Positions 38,133-64,000 of a DNA stretch of 64,000 nucleotides are shown piece after piece. A model generated the notes under the pieces. The model was given only the letters and a program-made list of their open reading frames with translations, was not told the DNA's origin and made no database searches. The stretch covers positions 1,225,979-1,289,978 of the forward strand of contig CAVNZM010000007.1 of NCBI GenBank assembly GCA_963693365.1. Reading direction: 5' to 3'. Origin of the DNA: Amoebidium appalachense. Lineage: Eukaryota; Protista; Ichthyosporea. Made by a program: the position numbers and the translations under genes. Within the stretch, counting starts at the first letter, position 1. Every line of letters starts with the position of its first letter.

Positions 38133-39419
38133 CCAGAAGCCCTCCCAAGGCCTCTTGGAAGAGGCCTTCAACAGGATGATTGGACGCAGGGTGAATAGCT
38201 AGCCGTAGCTTTAGGACTTGAAAAATTGTGTGACTTCAAGAGGGGGCATTACAAAAGAAGGGGCAGCTTGCCTAACAAACTAAGCCCAATAAAACTAGTG
38301 ATGCATTTCAGAAACTACTCAACCATGACAGCTAGAAAAACACTCAGAAAAACCAACAAATACGCAGCTGCTAGCATGAATCTGGCCAAGTAACCGAGCT
38401 TGCTATAAACATCAGCATTAACAGCGATGTTTGGGGCTCATTTTCCCTTCGTTGATATGAGTGGGTGTTTTTGTAAGCTCAGTGAGGGACTGCGTTGATG
38501 CGTGAGACTGGAATCACCGTCATCAGACCCCACTTCTAGGAAGACATATTTCCAGAATTACAACACTTTACGGATATTGGAATGGAATATGTGTACTTTT
38601 TGTGTTAGCATACAAGACGATCATTGGCGTTGTGGTTAACGTTGCTTCAACTTGTTCAGTCGTTAGTAAATCAATATAAGCACATAAGAAACCGGTTTAC
38701 CACGTATAGGATATATATTGATATAAAAACTATGATAATTTTCACTATTTTCGGGCAGTGGTTCTACAATTCGTCGGCTCAATTGGTGTAGGACTAAATG
38801 TGAAATTTGCATATTGGATGTGGGCTCATTTAAGTTTATGGGGTACCAATTTGAGCAGCTTCAAGCCGCGTCACAGTGGTTTGGTTTACACGGTCTATTC
38901 TTCAGAGAGTGGAGAGAAGGAGGTGTTGTGTACGTTACAAAGGTCACGGTAGCGCATTCATGTGTCTATTTATTGTGTAATTGCTATTTATATTAGTGTG
39001 TGAGGAAGCGGTGAGTGAGTAAAGGACCTAGCTTTATGTTACGAGACGCCATTCGCTGGCAAAGGCAGGAGTGGAAGTTGAGTGTGCTGTGGGCTGTCCG
39101 GATCCTTGTTGATAAGAACACGGATGCAAGCCTAGTGTAAAAAAGTATTGGCCGTATACACGAGTAATTGCTCATTTTCGACGATCTAGGGGCTTGTTAA
39201 CGAGCCTTGTCACGGCTTCTAAGTTTATAAGATCTTGGCCCCAGCCAATTCCCAGAACCATTCTTTGAAATCGGCAATGCTATCACGTTTTAAACTATAA
39301 AGTGGTACGTGCGCTTGAGAACAAGAAAATACTCAACGAAAGCGGCTTGTCGACTTTTTTTTGAAAACGGCGGAACCAAAGTCGGCCGTGGGACGACGCA
39401 GAAGTGAGGTGTGGAGAAA
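38133..39419. promoter_or_regulatory. Divergent (head-to-head) promoter region between SSH and DESI2
   Basis: The two start codons face away from each other about 1.3 kb apart. The region is free of microsatellites. Confidence 0.6.
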
Positions 39420-44402
<4,983 letters not shown>

Positions 44403-45451
44403 TTGGGGATTTTCTGCATGAGTTTTCATGAATTTTCAATCTTTTGAACGTCATGTTATACCATCCCCCCTTCCCCCCGTTTTTTTTTTTTTCTTTTGTG
44501 AAGTTTTGTGCTTTGTCTATTGATGTCTTCTTTCCGACCCTCTAATGCATACCTCCCCCCCCCTCCCCCCCCCCCCCCCTCCCCCCCCCACCCCCCCCCT
44601 CCCCCCCTCCCCCCCCCCCCCCCCCCTCCGCCCTTCCCAGTCCGCTTCCACCCCGCCTGCACCCCTCTTTTTCGTTCTGCTTGCTTGTGTTTCATGTTAG
44701 TGTTGCCACAGGCCGTTTTATTTGTAGGCTAAGAATGAAATGGGTGTGAAGTTGTTTGTATGTGACGAATGGTATGTTTGATGTTTAGTTCATTAAGTAG
44801 CTTGTGCAAAATCATAGTGGTTCGCCTTTTAGCTTCCGTATATAGGATAGCAGGGATGGTGTGAAATTTCGTTTTCGGTTGCTCTGGTGCTTTACGTGCC
44901 CGGACCTTGCGCCTTTTCGACTTTGCAGAGTTGCTATTTATGGTTAATCGGATTGGATCGGATTCGATTTGAACCAATAATACGTATGCACATGTATGGA
45001 ATGTATGGTTTTGTTTGGTCATGTCCAAGGAAGGAAAGATAGAAGCAGATATTCCTAGCACATATGAATGAATGTTCGTGTACAACATATCTCGCTTCCG
45101 AAGATATATGCCTGAATTGTTAGTGGTATGTTCTATGTTTGCATAAATGCCATTGGGGAGGTCTGCCACTTAAGTCTTGGACAGTAATATATGGCATGTT
45201 GCATGTCGTATACGGATCACAAGATCACCCGGATACATGCACGGTCGTGTGAATAAATCCGGTCTTAGGAGATCGTGCACACACTCAGCTGTCACAATGA
45301 AAGAGAAATTTAATAAAAGGCAGGAAAAAATCAGGCGGTCGTGATCTTAAGCTTAAGGCGCCCAGTTTTCACCTTCAATCTGCGGTGTATCGATTTTTTT
45401 AAGGTGGGGGTGGGGTGGGTGTGGATGTTGGGGGTTTTTTTTTTTTTTTTT

Positions 45452-45509
<58 letters not shown>

Positions 45510-46456
45510 TGACATACGGTGTGTAGATGTGTACAGCCACACATGTGGACATGACCGAAATTCCAAATTTACGGGAGTATTGATTTACATGTACGGAAGT
45601 TCAAAAAACGTTGATCATTATCTACCCCCCCCCCCCCCCCCCCCCCCCCCCTCTCTCCTTCCCCCCGCTTATTTACCGGGGGCCCCGGGATCTCGCTCTC
45701 TGCAGCTGTAGCATGCTATTTCACAATCGACCAACGAATAACAGCATGGAGTGTGACATATGTCTGCCCATTGGCAAATCCGACATCGTTCTTTTATTAT
45801 CTTGTTGGCAACATTCATGGGCCGCTGAACCTGATGTTGTCTTATGTTGCTCCTAAAATAGTACTAATAATAGCTAAATTTGTTGATTCGGTTCAAATCG
45901 TCTGTGACATGGGCAATCCTGGAAAAATCTCGAAGGTGCATATGAAATTCATCGGCAATGAGTTCACACCCAACCATTCATACCTTCAGAATTTTAAGGG
46001 TTCATCATGCATGGGCAAGAATTTGACTAGCGTCTTATAATGTAATCTAAGCATATTTCGCTCCACTACTTGATAAGACATTACATACATACCACTAGTA
46101 ATATTAGCAACTGTTTATACACACACGTAATAGGACTATTTAAAACCACCATGTAACACATTTAATTTATAAACAAATCCGGTAAGAACATTCAGCTAAC
46201 ATCCATTCGGTACATCTCTCACCAACAGAAACGACAAAACATGAAACATCTCCGAACAAACACTTCTTTCGCCAAGAACTTGTGGCATGCTGATTAAGAA
46301 GTAACCAACTCGTATCAGTTCGTGTTGATCCCAACCCACCAACACAAATATTCTGCAGTTTCCCGATGTATTTTGTGTTTTGAAGTGTGTGTGACCCAAT
46401 CATCAAAACTGGCACCCTCACCAAACACCCCATGTTGCCTGTCAATGCGGCGTGAC

Positions 46457-64000
<17,544 letters not shown>

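Overview
Eukaryotic nuclear DNA, probably from a unicellular holozoan (inferred from slingshot and syntenin genes in an intron-rich, non-animal-looking genome). Introns are packed with poly-G/poly-C, (GT)n/(CA)n and (GA)n tracts, so almost every ORF in the supplied track is a microsatellite artefact. By stitching exons by hand I recover five multi-exon genes: CWF19L2 (minus strand, runs off the left edge), a syntenin-like tandem-PDZ gene (minus), slingshot phosphatase (minus), DESI2/PPPDE peptidase (plus, with a probable GC-AG intron) and XPC/Rad4 (minus, starts beyond the right edge). A tRNA-Val(AAC) lies inside an XPC intron. There is also a fold-back DNA transposon (one complete and one partial copy) and a probable MULE transposase relic. 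The most interesting signal is a family of four dispersed ~160-nt elements, all on the sense strand of their host genes. They show compensatory base changes and all hammerhead ribozyme core motifs (CUGANGA, C-GAAA, GUH), but in a non-circularly permuted order. They also keep two self-complementary loops despite sequence change, which suggests a dimerising or multimerising ribozyme-like mobile RNA. A second theme is repeated tandem duplication of 3' splice-site regions, including four copies of one CWF19L2 exon start.
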